Below the pieces are notes generated by a model. The model ran no database searches. It saw only the letters and a list, made by a program, of their open reading frames with translations, and had not been told where the DNA came from. Of a stretch of 64,000 bases of DNA, positions 62,273-64,000 are shown one piece after another (position 1 is the stretch's first letter; every line of letters starts with the position of its first letter). The translations under genes and the position numbers were made by a program. This DNA comes from an uncultured Bacteroidia bacterium. Its GTDB lineage: Bacteria; CAIWAD01; BS150m-G50. The stretch is from contig CAZFEC010000010.1 in assembly GCA_964517435.1 (NCBI GenBank), positions 4,371-68,370 of the forward strand, written 5' to 3'.

Positions 62273-63778
62273 ATGAAAACAAACCGCATCTTTATCAGCA
62301 GCGTACAGGAAGAGTTTGCCACTGAACGGGCGGCCCTGCGGGATTATATCCGCAACGATCCCCTGTTGCGCAGATTCTTTGATGCGTTTCTTTTCGAGGA
62401 TGTACCGGCTGCGGATCGCAGACTCGATGATTTGTACCTGAATGAAGTTGAACGCAGTCAGATCTACCTTGGGCTCTTCGGCAAAGAATATGGCTATGAA
62501 GACCAGGAGGGGATATCACCGACACAGCGCGAGTTTGAGAAAGCAACAGAACTCAACAAGCATCGTTTGATTTTCATCAAGGCATTGGAGAATATACCGC
62601 GACACCCTAAAATGCAGGCGCTCATCCAGCAGATTGAGACGCAGTTGATTCGTCGCCGTTTCAACACAACGGCTGAATTAATCTCAGCCCTATATGCCTC
62701 TCTGGTCAAGTACCTGGACGATCGTGAACTGATTCGTTCCACCCCTTTTGACGCGACAGCCTGCAGCGACGCGACATTGGAAGATCTTTCCGCAGAAACT
62801 ATCGCCGGTTTCGTTCGGGACGCGCGTGAAGCTCGTGGATTTCCACTCCGCGAACAAGCAACACCCGCCGAGGTCTTGACGCATTTAAATCTTCTTGATA
62901 AGGATCGCCCCACTCACGCTGCTATACTGCTCTTCGCCAGAGAACCTCAACGATTTCTAATTTCGTCAGAGATCAAATGTGCTCACTTTCATGGCTGTGA
63001 AGCGACAAAACCTATCCCATCTTATCAGGTCTACAAGGGCAATGCCTTCGAACTGGTTGATCAGGCTGTGGATTTCGTAATGTCCAAGATCAACCTTGCG
63101 ATCGGTACGCGCGAGACCAGCGTCCAAGTCCCGGTTGAGTATGAGATTCCACGCGAAGTTGTCGCCGAAGCTATCGTCAACGCAGTAGCACATCGCGATT
63201 ACACCAGTAACGGCAGTGTTCAAGTTATGCTGTTCGCCGATCGGTTGGAAATTTGGAATCCCGGCACTCTGCCTCCCACCTTGACACTGGAGATGCTTCG
63301 CGGCCCGCATGGCTCCATTCCAGCCAATCCTTTGTTAGCTGAACCCTTGTATCTCACGAAATACATTGAGAGAATGGGCACTGGAACCAGAGATATGATT
63401 TCACGGTGCAGCGCAGCTGGTTTGCCAGAACCGGAATTTGCACTTGCAGACGGATTCACAGTCATCCTCTCGCGCAGAGTTGCGACAGATCAACCGAGCA
63501 CTGTCCCCGACCGGCAGACTGAGACTAAGTCGGGACTAAGTCGGGACCAAGTAATGGTGATGGATAAGTGCAGGAAAGCCAGTGCGTTGCTTGAACTTAT
63601 GGCCCTGTCAGGTCGTAGTAATAGAACCAAGTTCAGGGACCAAGTACTCAGACCGTTGATTGAGGCGGGTTTGGTTGAAATGACCGTTCCTGGCAAGCCT
63701 CGCAGCAGTAATCAGAAGTATCGCATTACTGAGGCGGGACTCAAGGCGCTGAAAAACGACCAGGACGGAAAGGGATAG
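62273..63778 (+). CDS. DUF4062-like N-terminal domain fused to HATPase_c_4-type (RecG-like/Schlafen-associated) DNA-binding regulator domain and C-terminal wHTH
   Basis: N-terminus IFISSVQEEFATERAALRDYI...GISPTQREFEKA...RLIFIK (DUF4062 pattern). EAIVNAVAHRDY...DRLEIWNPG...IERMGTGTRDM (HATPase_c_4 pattern). Confidence 0.7.
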   Translation: MKTNRIFISSVQEEFATERAALRDYIRNDPLLRRFFDAFLFEDVPAADRRLDDLYLNEVERSQIYLGLFGKEYGYEDQEGISPTQREFEKATELNKHRLIFIKALENIPRHPKMQALIQQIETQLIRRRFNTTAELISALYASLVKYLDDRELIRSTPFDATACSDATLEDLSAETIAGFVRDAREARGFPLREQATPAEVLTHLNLLDKDRPTHAAILLFAREPQRFLISSEIKCAHFHGCEATKPIPSYQVYKGNAFELVDQAVDFVMSKINLAIGTRETSVQVPVEYEIPREVVAEAIVNAVAHRDYTSNGSVQVMLFADRLEIWNPGTLPPTLTLEMLRGPHGSIPANPLLAEPLYLTKYIERMGTGTRDMISRCSAAGLPEPEFALADGFTVILSRRVATDQPSTVPDRQTETKSGLSRDQVMVMDKCRKASALLELMALSGRSNRTKFRDQVLRPLIEAGLVEMTVPGKPRSSNQKYRITEAGLKALKNDQDGKG

Positions 63779-63783
63779 TCCCC

Positions 63784-64000
63784 ATGCCCCCACCCGTCGG
63801 CACCCACACCCCCCTCATCGCCCGCAACCGGGAACTCTCCGCACTCCACGATGCATTCGAGAAGGCTCTTCAGACCGCCACCCCCACCGTCATCTACATC
63901 TACGGCGACGCCGGCGTCGGCAAGAGCACCCTCGTCAACGCGGCTGAAGGCCGCTTCGCCGCGGCGCGGTGCCGCCGGATCACCATCCCCTGCAACCCGC
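63784..64000 (+). CDS. AAA_16-type (STAND-like) P-loop NTPase, 3' end outside window
   Basis: ATG 63784, 6 nt after the previous stop. LIARNRELSALHDAFEKA...VIYIYGDAGVGKSTL is the N-terminal Walker A context of AAA_16 ATPases. Open to the window end. Confidence 0.55.
   Translation, partial: MPPPVGTHTPLIARNRELSALHDAFEKALQTATPTVIYIYGDAGVGKSTLVNAAEGRFAAARCRRITIPCNP

Overview
The window looks like a high-GC bacterial chromosome or MAG. A hand count of 34301-34360 gives 43/60 G+C. A lower-GC accessory island is inserted at about 38.4-60.9 kb, where 40321-40380 gives 23/60 G+C.

Left 38 kb (mostly core and metabolic genes):
- Tail of a sugar ABC permease.
- A large secreted GH38 alpha-mannosidase with PA14.
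- A periplasmic selenocysteine formate dehydrogenase operon: fdhE, a Sec-containing alpha subunit, an FeS subunit, an NrfD-like subunit and a dihaem cytochrome c.
- A lipoprotein followed by two outer-membrane barrel genes.
- pcm followed by an ASCH gene with an in-frame TAG.
- A blaI/blaR1-like pair.
- A roughly 11 kb single-strand catabolic operon: unknown protein, thiolase, DUF35, DUF2877, FdrA, DUF1116, cyclase, and a three-subunit xanthine-dehydrogenase-family molybdoenzyme.
- An MNT/HEPN toxin-antitoxin pair, an APC permease, a SUMF1-domain protein and a Cys-rich FeS protein.
- A palindromic REP/MITE-like repeat family (core GTCATTCCCGCGAAGGCGGGAATCCAG) at three intergenic sites.

The island is a defence island with no integrase or tRNA visible. 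It contains:
- An Mrr-cat nuclease.
- A complete four-gene Zorya type I-like module (zorABCD).
- A type I R-M operon chained by ATGA overlaps: half-hsdS, hsdM, rhuM, an unknown 563-aa protein with an RNAIAH (HEPN-like) motif, hsdS, hsdR and a ygjP-like gene.
- A divergent three-gene operon: ADP-ribosylglycohydrolase, a PD-(D/E)xK-like protein, and a DUF2779 dual nuclease.

The right flank carries a TPR protein, a DUF4062/HATPase_c_4 protein and the start of an AAA_16-type NTPase.

The best candidates for unusual or undescribed biology are the compact Zorya module, the HEPN-like cargo inside the R-M operon, and the ARH plus two-nuclease operon. All calls come from reading the sequence and remembered family motifs. 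No database search was run.
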